Assembly (NCBI GenBank): GCA_951406725.2
Contig: OX597816.1
Span: 142,476,001-142,540,000 of the forward strand
Source: Octopus vulgaris
Taxonomy: Eukaryota
Reading direction: 5' to 3'
DNA: 64,000 nucleotides
A model generated the notes under the pieces. That model was not told the DNA's origin. It saw only the letters and a list, made by a program, of their open reading frames with translations, and made no database searches. Both the position numbers and the translations under genes were made by a program. Below, piece after piece: positions 52,621-64,000 of the stretch (position 1 is the stretch's first letter; each line of letters starts with the position of its first letter).

Positions 52621-55302
52621 CTAACTTTGACTTAATGAAGAAATTATTGGGTTGTAGTCAGCTCCCTTCGAATTGTATTTCTTTATTCAGTAATTCATCG
52701 CGAATTGATATTAGTATAATCTCAATTAATTTAATATCATATTGCTCGCCACAATATCTGGTTAATTCTTTATCAAAGTTTATATATATACAACACAATT
52801 TCATTTTGACTATTTTCTTCCGTTTGTAACTTTCATTTCTGAATACTTTCGTTTTCAACTGTCATATGACATCCGGCTTTCTAATCATTTGATTAGTAAA
52901 TGCGACGAATCGTGATGTAATTTGCTAAAAATACAACAATGTCATGGTTATTTGAAATAAATAAATGATACCCGGCTTTCTGAGAAACATGATTCGGCAC
53001 AAAATAAGTAACTGGGAAGATTTTCAACGTAATTTCCTGGAAATTAGGAATGTATAATAAGAAAATGTATGATTAACAGGTTAGGTTAATGTTAAACATT
53101 AACCAAAATTTCATTAAAAGATATCAGTGATCTTTCCTTCCAGAAAAATGGATACATTTTAACGTTTCTGGAAAATGAATATCTTTTAATGAAATTTTAT
53201 ACAAATACCTTTCAAACAGTATAGATTACGATTATAAGGAAATTTGTTGGGATTTTCTTTTTCCAATATGGGGAGAGGAGTTTCAGATCAAAAACCCACA
53301 GAAGTTGAAATTTCTGTTTTGAAGGGGAAATTTCCAAATTTTTCCCCCACAGCTTTCGAAATGATGGGAGGAGGGATCATCATTTTCAAAAAAAAAATTT
53401 TTTGAAAATTTATGATTTTTTTTTTTGTCTCTTAAATCTTTAAAAAATAGGCGCAGGTGTGGCTGTATGGTAAGAAGCTTGCTTCCCCATGCCTCGTAGA
53501 TCTGCTTAAGCTCTTTCATCTAGCAGAGCATTACAGGCTTGACCACCTGAATGTCCCAGAGTGGCCCCGGAATAATGGCGACGGAAGGCTCAAGTCTTAC
53601 TTAGACAGGATAGTGATAAGAACTAGAGATAAGGATAATTTTAGCTGTCCACAGCTTGTCCAAGTAGCGTACACTGACCATAAAATGGTTAAGTGTAGAT
53701 TGGACATAGATAATACAGTTAAGAGAGGATCCTGCTACTGGAAGCTAAACAAGTCTGTTTTGACTTGCAAGGCATATCGTAGGCGGATTAAGGAACTAGC
53801 ACAGAGGGCGTTAACCGGTGGTGGTTCGCCCTCAAGAGAACCATTCGTTTCGAGTCTGATAGGTTTAGCCACCAGCTAAGGATAGAAGAGAAGGGCAACT
53901 AGTTAAGTACTTAGAGGAGGCGTTGAGGTTGGGCTCTGCATCCTACATTTTGGCAGCGAGAACGGCCCTGAACCATCACCTCAAAGCCAAACATGAAGGG
54001 TGCAGAGTTCGGGCTAAAGTGCGCGCATTGGGCCGTGAGGGAATTAATGTTGCATTATCCCAGGCAGGTCGATCTACAACAATCTCCATCTTATACGCTA
54101 CTCCTTAGAGAGGGTGAGGAAAGTTTCTGGCACGGTGGGGTGGGGGCACTGGTACATTTGGACCAGTCTAAAGCATTTCATAGGGTCGACCATCAGTACT
54201 TGGCAGCGGTCCTCAAAGAGGCCGGCCTGGACCCGACCTTCCATGGTTGGATTGCTGCGTTGTACAGTGACATCGAATCTGTCGTGAAAGTGAATGGTTT
54301 CTTTTCGAAGTCATTCAAGTCCGAGCGCTCAGTGCGTCAGGGGTGTCCCCTATCTTCGCTTTTGTATGTATTGGCTTTTGAGCTATTGCTGTGGAAGTTG
54401 GAGGCACTAGGGGGTGTGCCGCATGATCTATGGTGTGGAAGAGGAACTACGGCGTATGCGAATGACATCTCCATCATCATGGTGGATAAGGGCCAACTTC
54501 CATTGGTAGAAGAGGCTATCAAAAGTTATGAGACAGTGGCAGGAGCAAAGATTAACAAGGACAAGTCAGTCGGTTGCAACTCAGTACCTGGAGGGGCAAG
54601 CCGATGGCGTCCAATAATGTCATGGGTCATTTGGACGGAAGGTTCTGTTAAGCTGCTCAGAGTCTGGGTTGGTCCAAACCTCTAGATAGAGAAAAATTAG
54701 AGTGAGGTGACCAGCTCTAACCCAGACCTGGTCTGGGAGGGCAGAGGTGGTGCAAATGTTCATAGCATCAGTAATTACCTACCATCTGACCGTGGTGCTT
54801 TGCCCCGATTTATGACTGAACAAGATGGAGAGAATCCTTTTCTGCTTTTTGTGGAAGGGAGGAAAGCCACTTGTGAAGCACTCTGCTGCCAGAAACCGCT
54901 AAAGGTGGGCTAGGGATGCCTTGGCTGAAGATGCGAAAATTCGCGTTATGGTTGAGGCACCTCTGGCTTTACCTGGATGGAGAGCAGGTGTGGTCACCAC
55001 ATGTCTGGTTCTATCTTCTGCAGTTAACGTCCTTAATGGACATTGGTACAGGGATCAAGCAGAGACCTAGCCTGGGAGACTAGCAGCTGCTCTATCGAGC
55101 GGGCAGTGCCAGCAACAGGAGTTCCACCACGGATCTTTATAGCGGGTTAGTGGAGTTTATGTTCGAAGACACCTTGGGGGAGACCCTGGGCTACAAGGAA
55201 AATCAGTTGATCGACCTACTCAGAAGAGCTTTCGGCTAGAAATCCCTGGCTTGGCAGTGCTTCCGTGCAGCATTACCTGTTCATGATAAACTGTCAAGGC
55301 AC

Positions 55303-56082
55303 GAAAGTGCCATCTCGCTGACATGTCCGAAGTGTGGGCAGGACAGGGAAACTGTCTTGCACGCATTCATAGAACAACTGTTGTCATCGATGGGAAGTGT
55401 ACAGCTATCAGCTGAGTCTATCATCGAGATTGTGCCCCCTCCTTCCCTTAACAGAGAGAGGAAGGCTTACTTTTTCTGCGTAGTAGCCATACTGAAAGAA
55501 AGAGTATGGAAGACGCATGTGAAAGGAATAGTGACAGGTACCTTTGTATCTGGCCATGGATTGGTTAACTTTTTTAATTACCACCTCAGTAGTAAGATCT
55601 GGTTGGAGAAGAGGTACCAGTCATGAGAAAGATTCGATAAAAGATGGAAGTTTGTGGCAAGAAAGCTAGGTAAGTGGAGCCCCGGAAGAAAAGAAAGTGC
55701 CATCTCGCTGACATGTCCGAAGTGTGGGCAGGACAGGGAAACTGTCTTGCACGCATTCATAGAACAACTGTTGTCATCGATGGGAAGTGTACAGCTATCA
55801 GCTGAGTCTATCATCGAGATTGTGCCCCCTCCTTCCCTTAACAGAGAGAGGAAGGCTTACTTTTTCTGCGTAGTAGCCATACTGAAAGAAAGAGTATGGA
55901 AGACGCATGTGAAAGGAATAGTGACAGGTACCTTTGTATCTGGCCATGGATTGGTTAACTTTTTTAATTACCACCTCAGTAGTAAGATCTGGTTGGAGAA
56001 GAGGTACCAGTCATGAGAAAGATTCGATAAAAGATGGAAGTTTGTGGCAAGAAAGCTAGGTAAGTGGAGCCCCGGAAGAAAA
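55303..56082 (+). repeat. 390-bp tandem duplication inside the Tx1-like element
   Basis: 55303-55692 is repeated at 55693-56082; the translated ORFs are identical. Confidence 0.95.
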
Positions 56083-56227
56083 GCAAAGGTTCTACCCTGA
56101 TGGCAGGATGCCTTTCTTGTTGCAGTGTGTATCAAGATTTTTGATAAATTCATCATTCGATAAAATGAACTTTTTAATCGTCACAGCTTCTTTACTCCTT
56201 TATGTTTGTCCCATCCTTGTAATACCT

Positions 56228-56452
56228 ATTTCTTTACTACCCACAAGGGGCTAAACACAGAGAGGACAAACAAGGACATACAAACGGATCAAGTCGTTTA
56301 TATCGACCCCAGTGCGTAACTGGTATTTATTTAATCGACCCCGAAAGGATGAAAGGCAAAGTCGACCCCGGTGGAATTTGAACTCAGAACTTAACAGCGG
56401 ATGAAACACCATAAAGCATTTCACCCGGCGTGCTAACGTTTCTGCCAGCTCG
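56228..56452 (-). mobile_element. young SINE inserted in the LINE 3' UTR
   Basis: 18-bp TSD CCCATCCTTGTAATACCT (56210-56227 / 56453-56470); same family as 48460-48575. Confidence 0.88.
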
Positions 56453-57110
56453 CCCATCCTTGTAATACCTGTATGGCAAATTTTAATGAAATAAAGAAGT
56501 TTGCTTCCCAACCATATGGTTCTGGATTCAGTCCTTGCGCTTGGCTCCTTTGGGCAAATGCCTTCTACTATACCCTCAAGCCAACCAAAGCCTTGTTAGT
56601 GGATTTGCTAAACAGAAACTGAACAAAGCACATTATGTATGTATATATATCTGCGTCTATTTGACCCCACCACCTCTTGACAACTACTGTTAGTGTATTT
56701 ACGTCCCTGTAACTTAGCAGTTTGGCAAAAGACACCAATAGAATAAGTACCAGGCTTTAAAAAGAAAATAATAAGTCCTGGGGTTGATCCATTCAACTAA
56801 AAGTTCCTCAAAGCAGTGCCCACGAAAAATTTTTTAAACTTTATTTTTCATAATCACATAAATTCCCGTGTGTAGAACAAATATGCAAACATTTTCTGAA
56901 AACTCCCAAAAATAGAAATGTGTAGGGTAGGATTCGTGGCAGACAAACTGGAGACAAATACTTCGCTGGTGGCTAGCTAGGAAGTTGGTCAACAGGAAAG
57001 AAAAATGACTTCCGGGTGGAGAACAAAACAAGAATGTCAGCAGAGTGCGTGAAACGAATCTGAAGGAACTATACAAAACTAACTGATGATATAAGCCCTA
57101 TTGTACCTCG

Positions 57111-57520
57111 GGATCTTTTCGGTTTGAACGGCAATTTTTTTCTAGCGGTGTCATATGAAATTGTCACTCATAATTATGACCTTAGTATCGATCTATTGCA
57201 TTTCAATCTGTGTTAGGGTTAGGGGAAAGGGTATCTTTTTTTCTTCACAAATGTAAATAAACCCAATCTGTTTCTTAAACGAGGGACATATTCATACGGC
57301 ACAGAATGTTTTTTTACCTCAATAGACGTCATTCATTGGTTGAAATTGCAGAAATTGAAGGAAAAAAACAACAAATATCTTACAAACTATAGAACTTTCT
57401 CAATAAAGCCAAGAGAAAAAGATGTTTAATAAAAAAACATTCTACCAGTATACAAAGTTTAAAAGTGTTTACTTACGTGGAGATTATTTTAAAAAACTGC
57501 AGTTCAAACCGAAAAGATCT
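57111..57520. mobile_element. MITE, second copy of the 13922 family
   Basis: Same TIR and body; TSD GTACCTCG (57103-57110 / 57521-57528). Confidence 0.9.
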
Positions 57521-58079
57521 GTACCTCGACAAAATCAAAACATTCGACTTTGGGTATTTCCATGCCAAATGGCAGTTACCGAAATGGGAGGAGAAGAAAC
57601 CTAATGAGTTGTGTATGTGCTTATTTTTGTCTGTGTGCGTGCCTGTTCTGTTATGTATTTATGGGTCGTGGAATATAGATATAACGAAATTATGCCAGCA
57701 ATGTCTCATTTTAAACTTGCAGAAAAAAGCCTTGCATATTTGTTCTTACCTGCTTCATGTATGTATATAAAATCCACAAATTTCCAAGCAGAAAACAGAA
57801 TCGAAGTTTATGCATAGCAAATATCAGAAAACGAGAACACCATATCAATTATACTAGTTCATGTTTTGTTTTTTGTTTTTAACCACTAAAGAGAAGAAAA
57901 AGAGGGACTATATTTTATGTTATGAATTTCATAACAAACATTCTTGAAGTTTAAATTATACAGTATAATACTGCCTAACGCATTTTATGAAATTCATAAA
58001 AGCATTGTATCGTCACCAACTAAACTCAGATATGTTGAAAATAACGCATCTGATGTGCCATGCATATTACGATATTTCA

Positions 58080-58840
58080 ACTTTACGTGGCTCCACAACC
58101 CACCCCTACTGTGTTTGTGTGGAATGTAGGGTCGTTAGGGGGGTCTACAAAATGAGCACTGTGGTTCACTTGCAAAGCATTATATGCCTTCAGGTAATTG
58201 GTTATAATCTTCATCCCTGGCAGCACATGGTCATTGATTATTGGCAGCAGTGTCACTGCACTTCGGTCCAGGACAGGAACACACATCTTAGCGTCCCACC
58301 ATTCCAAGAACCCAGTTGCCCAGCTTATAATGACCTCTGTGATATTTGCGATGTATAGACTTTGATTCATCTATCTTGACGACATCCTGCCCACCAAGTT
58401 GGACAGGATTATCAATGCACCACGTGGCACAAATGTCCCGAAAGTAGTTATACCAATTGACTATTGCTTCCCATCCGATCCCAACTTCTCTTGGAACTAG
58501 ACTGCTTACTATCCATTTCAGCCCAGTAATAGATTAAAACTAGGAGCCATGCCAGTGATATGCAGGAATCCACAAAAAAAGTCTTTTCTCAAACTTCAAT
58601 GGTGCCTACAAGTTCGACATCTCCACATTACGCCTTCAGAAGTTTTTCTTTGGTGTAAGGGTCATCAGGTTATCGCAATACTCAGCCAAATTTTTTATTA
58701 GCCCCACAGAGTCAAGGAATTTGAACTGTTCGACATACCCTAAACCTCTCTGAGAATATATTTTTCGCATTAAGTTATCAATGGGTATTACGGAATCCAC
58801 TATGTGGTATTGATTGTTCATCTTGAAATGCAATAGACAT
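58080..58840 (-). mobile_element. Merlin (IS1016/ISXO2-like DDE) transposase remnant
   Basis: Peptides GGQDVVKIDESK, VPVLDRSAVTLLPIINDHVLPG.KIITN..KAY..L.VNHS.HFVDP...HTNTV; frameshifted. Confidence 0.85.
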
Positions 58841-59659
58841 GTAGGGGCTCTTCCTAGAATTTAAAAAGGAAGAAAGGCTGAAAACTACTGTTTATATACA
58901 CAGAGGGTGACTCAAACAGCATATACTTTTTTTTCCCCATGTTGGTAAGTTGAAACTGACCAATAAAAGTGACTTGATGCAAAAGAAAAGAACTTGGTCA
59001 CCAGACAATAACTATTGTCTTGGTTAGTTCCAGTGACCAAGTTCTTATTGGTCCCCCCCCCCGCGTTGGGAAGTTTCAACTTTTTCTCTTACAATATTTA
59101 GTCATACATGCCCAGTGAAGTATGCTGGCTTCATTTCTTTCAAGCTCATGTTTTGCTGCCATGTAGTATAGCTGTCTGTACACAGGCATCATACAATCTA
59201 CATTTTGAGAGAGGCTCTTTGTTACCAACAAAGGCAGTAGCTCTGAACTTTACCCAGCCCATCCTTATTCTAACAAGTTTAAAAACAAAGAAACGGTCAT
59301 AGGTCTCTCTGAGGTAATATTTGTACATTTCAACAAGACATTCTCATGACATATTTCTTTTGAGTTGACAAACTGTCACCATAACTGTCATAGTCTTTCC
59401 CATGCTAAAAAAAAAAAAAATTTTGACAATTTAAATTTGCTGAATGACCCCACTCCCCATATTTGGCAAACCAAATGTTATACATATCTCAAGTACAATT
59501 TAATACTGATTTTGGTTCCTCAAAAATTAGTAATATTTTTTTATGAAATATTGCAGCAACACATTTTCAGGCAAAACAACAATCTATCACCCCCATCCAC
59601 TGTGATTTAACTTCCTTAATAATGCAACAATTTTTAGAGAGTACAGAATTAGTCGATTA

Positions 59660-59915
59660 GGCACAGGTGTGGCTGTGTGGTAAGAAGTTTGCTTCCCAAC
59701 CATATGGTTCTGGGTTCACTGGCTGCATGGCACTTTCGGCAAGTGTCTTCTACTGTAGCCTCAGGCCAAACAAAGCCTTGTGAACAGATTAGGTAGACAG
59801 AAACTGGAAGAAGCCCATCATATATATTGTGTGTGTACATAATTTATATAAAATATTGGTTGATTAATTCAATTAAAAAAAATTCAAGGTAGTGCCCCAG
59901 CATGGCCTGAAACAA
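59660..59915 (+). mobile_element. SINE (37350 family), internally deleted
   Basis: Uninterrupted head 'ggcacaggtgtggctgtgtggtaagaagtttgcttcccaaccatatggttc'. Confidence 0.8.
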
Positions 59916-60149
59916 GAATAGATTTAACATAAAAAAAAAAAAATTCTGCTGTGAAAGCTTGTCATGTTTCACCAGTTTAAATAACATCCAGAAATCAAGA
60001 CTCGTCTCCAAAACACTAAAATCTACATCTTCAGTTCAAATGTGAAGTAAGTCCATCATTGTATGGAACTTTTCTTCAACAATAGAAATAAACCCAATTA
60101 GTTGTCAATATAGAAATCAGAGAAAGAAAGTGGCACTGGACACAATCTC

Positions 60150-60645
60150 AGTACAGGCAGTTGCTCAGAAGAAACCTGCAGAGAAAAAGGAAGAGAGGAA
60201 TGCTAAGGAACTGTATATACTGATGGATATAGCCCCCCCCCCCCAAACCTGTACGTTTGTCTGAAAATACTGTCCAACAGTCAGCAAGAACCAATGGCTG
60301 AAATGTTTATCAGTCATACATAGAAGTATCACTAAACTCAAGTCAAAAGTCTGTTTTAGAGAATGATCAACACACTTCTTTGTATAACTAAACACACGTG
60401 GACATGCCTACAAAGTCAGAAAACAACACAGCTCCCATGACTTTCGGAAACATTTTTTCACGCTCAGAGTTGCTGAAGCATGGAATAAACTGCCTGCGTC
60501 AGTTGTTGACTGCCATGACACTGCATCCTTTAAGGCCCTCATGCTTTCCGAAATCCGCCGAAACTACACCTGATTATATATACACTTTAGATGAGTTGTA
60601 GTGCACCTGAGCACTGTGCACAATTATTTTTATTATTATTATTTT
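60150..60645 (+). mobile_element. CR1/L2-like LINE 3' end
   Basis: Peptide TRGHAYKV..HDFRKHFFTLRVAEAWNKLPASVV; (TAT)n tail. Confidence 0.75.
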
Positions 60646-61334
60646 AAAAACAATTTAGATTCTGTTTGTACATAACAATTAGAAGCAGTATTATCAAACT
60701 TGCCTTGTTGGGAATTTCAAGCAGCTAACCATTCTAGATAAACTGCATACTAATGCAGGGAGAGAAAAATAAATATTTTTTTCCTCTTTTATATTAATGA
60801 CCTATTTGCTGTTACCTCTAACAAATTTCATTCTTTTGCAAAGTATACCACTTTTCACTCCAACACACTAGCACCATCAATTCCATTCCAACCCATATTT
60901 TTGTTATAGGCATTTAACTTGAAGCTATTCAAGCTACATATAACTACATCAACCTGACTAGGTTCATAAAGCCTATGTAGATTATGTGCATAAGCCACTT
61001 AACTAAAAACCTTAAAACAAAAACATCACATGCTTGACTAAGCACCCACATCTAAATATGCTATCAATAAACAAATGGGCAAAAGTGGCTGGCCTCACTG
61101 CTCATTACCAAACTTATTTATAACAATAAACTTTGAATACAACGTAATATTTTGAAAAATAAACTAAATTCCAAATCAAAATGTTCACTTACAAAGTGAA
61201 GACATTTTGGCATATCTGAGAGAGAAAGTGGGGTAGGGAAGGAGACATCTTTTCCCACATTAAAAACAAGCATTTCACTTTGTTAAAAAGACAACACTCA
61301 GAAAAACTTGAATTAGAAATATTGCATAAAAAAT

Positions 61335-61469
61335 TTATTTGTCAGCTGACGCTTTTGAAACAGCAAATGGTTCATCTACTGGAAGTGATCCACAATCTGC
61401 AATGATAACTGGAACTACAGGTCGATTTTGTTCACCAGTCTTAGTATTTTCAATTTCACGAACCACTTT
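61335..61469 (-). CDS. PPIB: peptidyl-prolyl cis-trans isomerase B (cyclophilin B), last exon
   Basis: Acceptor ttgcag; KVVREIENTKTGEQNRPVVPVIIADCGSLPVDEPFAVSKASADK*, a typical CypB C-terminus. Confidence 0.9.
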   Translation of the reverse strand, partial: KVVREIENTKTGEQNRPVVPVIIADCGSLPVDEPFAVSKASADK

Positions 61470-62166
61470 CTGCAATTAAAAGACAAATTAATTAAAATGT
61501 TGTAAAACAATATTAGAGACTTGGTAACGAAAATCTTCCAGTGATGGAACCACAGGTTTCAATCTCAAAAATCAGCAAAGTGTATTGTATTCCTATAAGT
61601 TAGTTAAAAGGTGAAGGAGCTGAATATAAATCTGCTTCTGATATTATCATTAAAACTGGAGAAGTGAGCCTCTGATTTTCATACTTCTGTCATAAAGCAA
61701 GAACAGCACGGTAATCTTCGTAGGCTTTCTCACATAGGTGACTCAGAATAATCAAAAGGTGTTGTTTGTTTAACTCTTTAGCATTTAAACCAGCTATATC
61801 TGGCCCAAACTGGCCAGATTTGGCTTCTCACATCTACTGAACAATGTCATATTAGAATTACGCAATCACATCATCAAAATTTCAAAGCTGTGAAATAATG
61901 CATGATTAATTCAAAGCAATGTAAGTAAATAAACATTACATTTGGTGGAATAGTTTGAATGCTAAAAGGTCAAATAGACATTAGCAAGAATTTAGTGTAA
62001 CACCAGCTATAATATAATGTTAAAAAATACAAAAATAACTTGCAAAAAGATTTACCTAGAAATTATAAGACAACAGGTGCAAGAAAAACATATCTGACAA
62101 GCACTACTGCTCATAAAGCTTATTGAAAAATGAAGTAAAGAAAATAGGACATCAATGGTATCTTAC

Positions 62167-62351
62167 CATCCCTTCAAGGACTTTACCAAAAACAACATGG
62201 CGTCCATCAAGCCACTCAGTTATCTTAGTGGTAATGAAGAACTGTGAACCATTTGTATCTTTGCCAGCATTTGCCATCGACAGCCAGCCAGCTCCATAGT
62301 GTTTTAGCTTGAAGTTTTCATCAGAGAATTTCTCACCATATATACTGACAC
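62167..62351 (-). CDS. PPIB: cyclophilin B, penultimate exon
   Basis: [60 protein letters not shown]; acceptor cttag and donor gtaaga. Confidence 0.95.
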
Positions 62352-63439
62352 CTAAGTGGAATCAATGAAAATAGATATTATATAAAGGTAGTAAATCAGA
62401 AATAGCAACAATCTAAAAAGAAGGGTGATAGGATAGTGGTGGTTATGGTAAAATAGTGAATCCAGAATAAATTATCCAATTAGAAAAAGATCAAAAATTG
62501 ATTAACCATTTTCCCTTTAGCAGTTTTGGCATCAAGGCAGGTTGCATTTAAAAATTCAAATATTTACATGAAAGACATAGCCGTTTTAAATCACAATTTT
62601 TAGTGTCTTTATTATTAGATTTCTGGCAAAGTATACTGAGGTTTCCTTATCAAAGGATGTGTATTTGGCTTTTAATTGGATTCAAAAAGGTAAGGCAGTG
62701 GTCATGACTTTTACAGGCCTCAACTGACTGGTGACATTGATTCTAAGAAGGACTAAGCAAAGTATTTGGCAAGTATTGAGACAGTAGAGATGACAAGAAG
62801 AGAGAACAAAAGCTTGCTAGTTCAGAGGAATAGAAGCCATTATAGTAACAGGAGAGGAGATTTCAGTTACTAGCTCACAGAATGCCTATGAGCATTTGTC
62901 AATCAACTGAAAAGGTTTAGAATGTTTACGTAAATTGTAACAGCAGCAATGTCCTGTACAGATAAGGGGTGTTTTAATGTTGGTCACACTTGAGCTTTGT
63001 AGAAGATCAGCCCAAAACAGGGATGCTGTCACAGTGTAATCTGCTACTCTTTTGATAGAAGTATTAACATTCATTTTGACATTAATACAAAAGCCAATGC
63101 TTTTAGGGATAGAAAAACAAGGAGGTATTTAAATTCTATATTTTATTGAGAGACATTAGCCTTGCAAATGAAATTGGCAGTCTCATCATATCCTTTCAGT
63201 GTAGTCTTTTGTACAATACATCTGATTCCTCTTATATTCCATTTTTCTTTTAGATTATTTCCACATACATCAGAACAGACTTGCCTCCATTTCTTTCCAT
63301 CCTTAATACATTTTCTGCATTCAATGTCCATTTTTTACTACCATGTAATATGTACTTTGTAATATCAAGAATCATACAATTTACCATTCACTTGTAGAAA
63401 GAATCCCTTTCTTGCCAAATCTTTTCCACTTTACTTATT

Positions 63440-63950
63440 CTGGATAGTTTGCTTTTAGAAAAGTCCCTATCGCTACTGATTTGGCCACCTAGGAAACAAG
63501 CTGTCGACTATATTTTGGGAACCTGACTGTCTTTGTAAACCAATTTATGATGTTGTGAACCTGTAGTTTATATGTGGTACACAGTACAGAATTCCTTCTT
63601 ACTCCTACTGAGTGTGGCCACCTCCCAGATTCTAGAGTCAAGTCTTCCATCTGCAATTTTTGTCATTGCTTTCAAGCCACTCAGTTCTAAACTTCCCTTC
63701 CACATATGGAATTTCTCTCATTCTTACATAGATTCAGCTAGAAGATCTAAATAAGTCATCAGTATATGGAAGTTTCCACAATCAGCCAGTCTTAAGCTCC
63801 TCTGCTGTTGTCTGTAAAACTATAATAGACAAGAGTGTGCTGAGAGCTAAGGCCTTTTAACATACAGCTGAACTCTAAATTCCTTCCTGAATTCATGTTA
63901 ATACTCACCTTGTGTACATCATGTCTGTACATGGTTAGAATGGTTCTCAA
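63440..63950 (-). mobile_element. old RTE LINE fragment in PPIB intron
   Basis: Minus peptide DLLAES..EKFHMWKGSLELSGL resembles the RTE DLALI.ES..EEKFQVWKQGLESKGL seen at about 24560-24640. Confidence 0.6.
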
Positions 63951-64000
63951 AAGCAATTCATCTCTTAGCTTCCTTTATGACACAAGAACAAAGAGTACCC

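Larger units (their letters stand above)
53488..56493 (+). mobile_element. Tx1/L1-clade LINE remnant, 5'-truncated
   Basis: APE C-terminal KSYLDRI..TDHKMV..YWKLNKSVL; RT LDQSKAFHRVDH, SVRQGCPLS, AYANDI and GAKINKDKS; C-terminal CPKC..ETVLHAF zinc knuckle; 16-bp TSD. Confidence 0.9.
53451..56820 (+). mobile_element. SINE (37350 family) split by a LINE insertion
   Basis: Head at 53451-53487 resumes at 56494 ('aagaagtttgcttcccaaccatatggttc') and continues as a normal body to about 56820. Confidence 0.85.

Noticed and set aside
52401-52829. 142-aa plus-strand ORF divergent from the helicase
   Set aside because: No recognisable domain or supporting splice structure; AT-rich. It cannot be supported without expression data.
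62880-63340. Cys-containing minus-strand ORFs in the PPIB intron
   Set aside because: Not cyclophilin-like; possibly a decayed transposase, but no diagnostic motif was seen.

Overview
AT-rich, repeat-dense eukaryotic DNA with spliceosomal introns. The (TA)n/(CA)n microsatellites and SINE/RTE families resemble coleoid cephalopod (Octopus-like) genomes, which is an inference. Three host genes are visible. (1) The last coding exon of a neurexin-IV/Caspr-type membrane protein (+, 2917-3104). (2) A complete 4-exon minus-strand gene (52150-33180, about 732 aa, spliced by hand with consistent GT-AG phases). It encodes two N-terminal U1/matrin-type C2H2 zinc fingers fused to a RIG-I/Dicer-family DExH helicase, with no CARDs and no RLR C-terminal domain. 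(3) The last two exons of cyclophilin B (-, 62351-61335). The rest is nested mobile DNA: mariner, hAT, Merlin, Helitron, RTE, CR1-like and Tx1/L1 elements and tRNA-SINEs. The most unusual signals are two unrelated inverted-dimer insertions carrying minimal type-I hammerhead ribozyme motifs (one with a tRNA-derived head, one with a G3:C8 core swap), a Tx1-like LINE inserted with a 16-bp TSD into a tRNA-SINE head, and possible decayed exons downstream of the helicase that might be a lost RdRP half (speculative). All calls come from reading the sequence; no searches were run, and many repeat boundaries are approximate.
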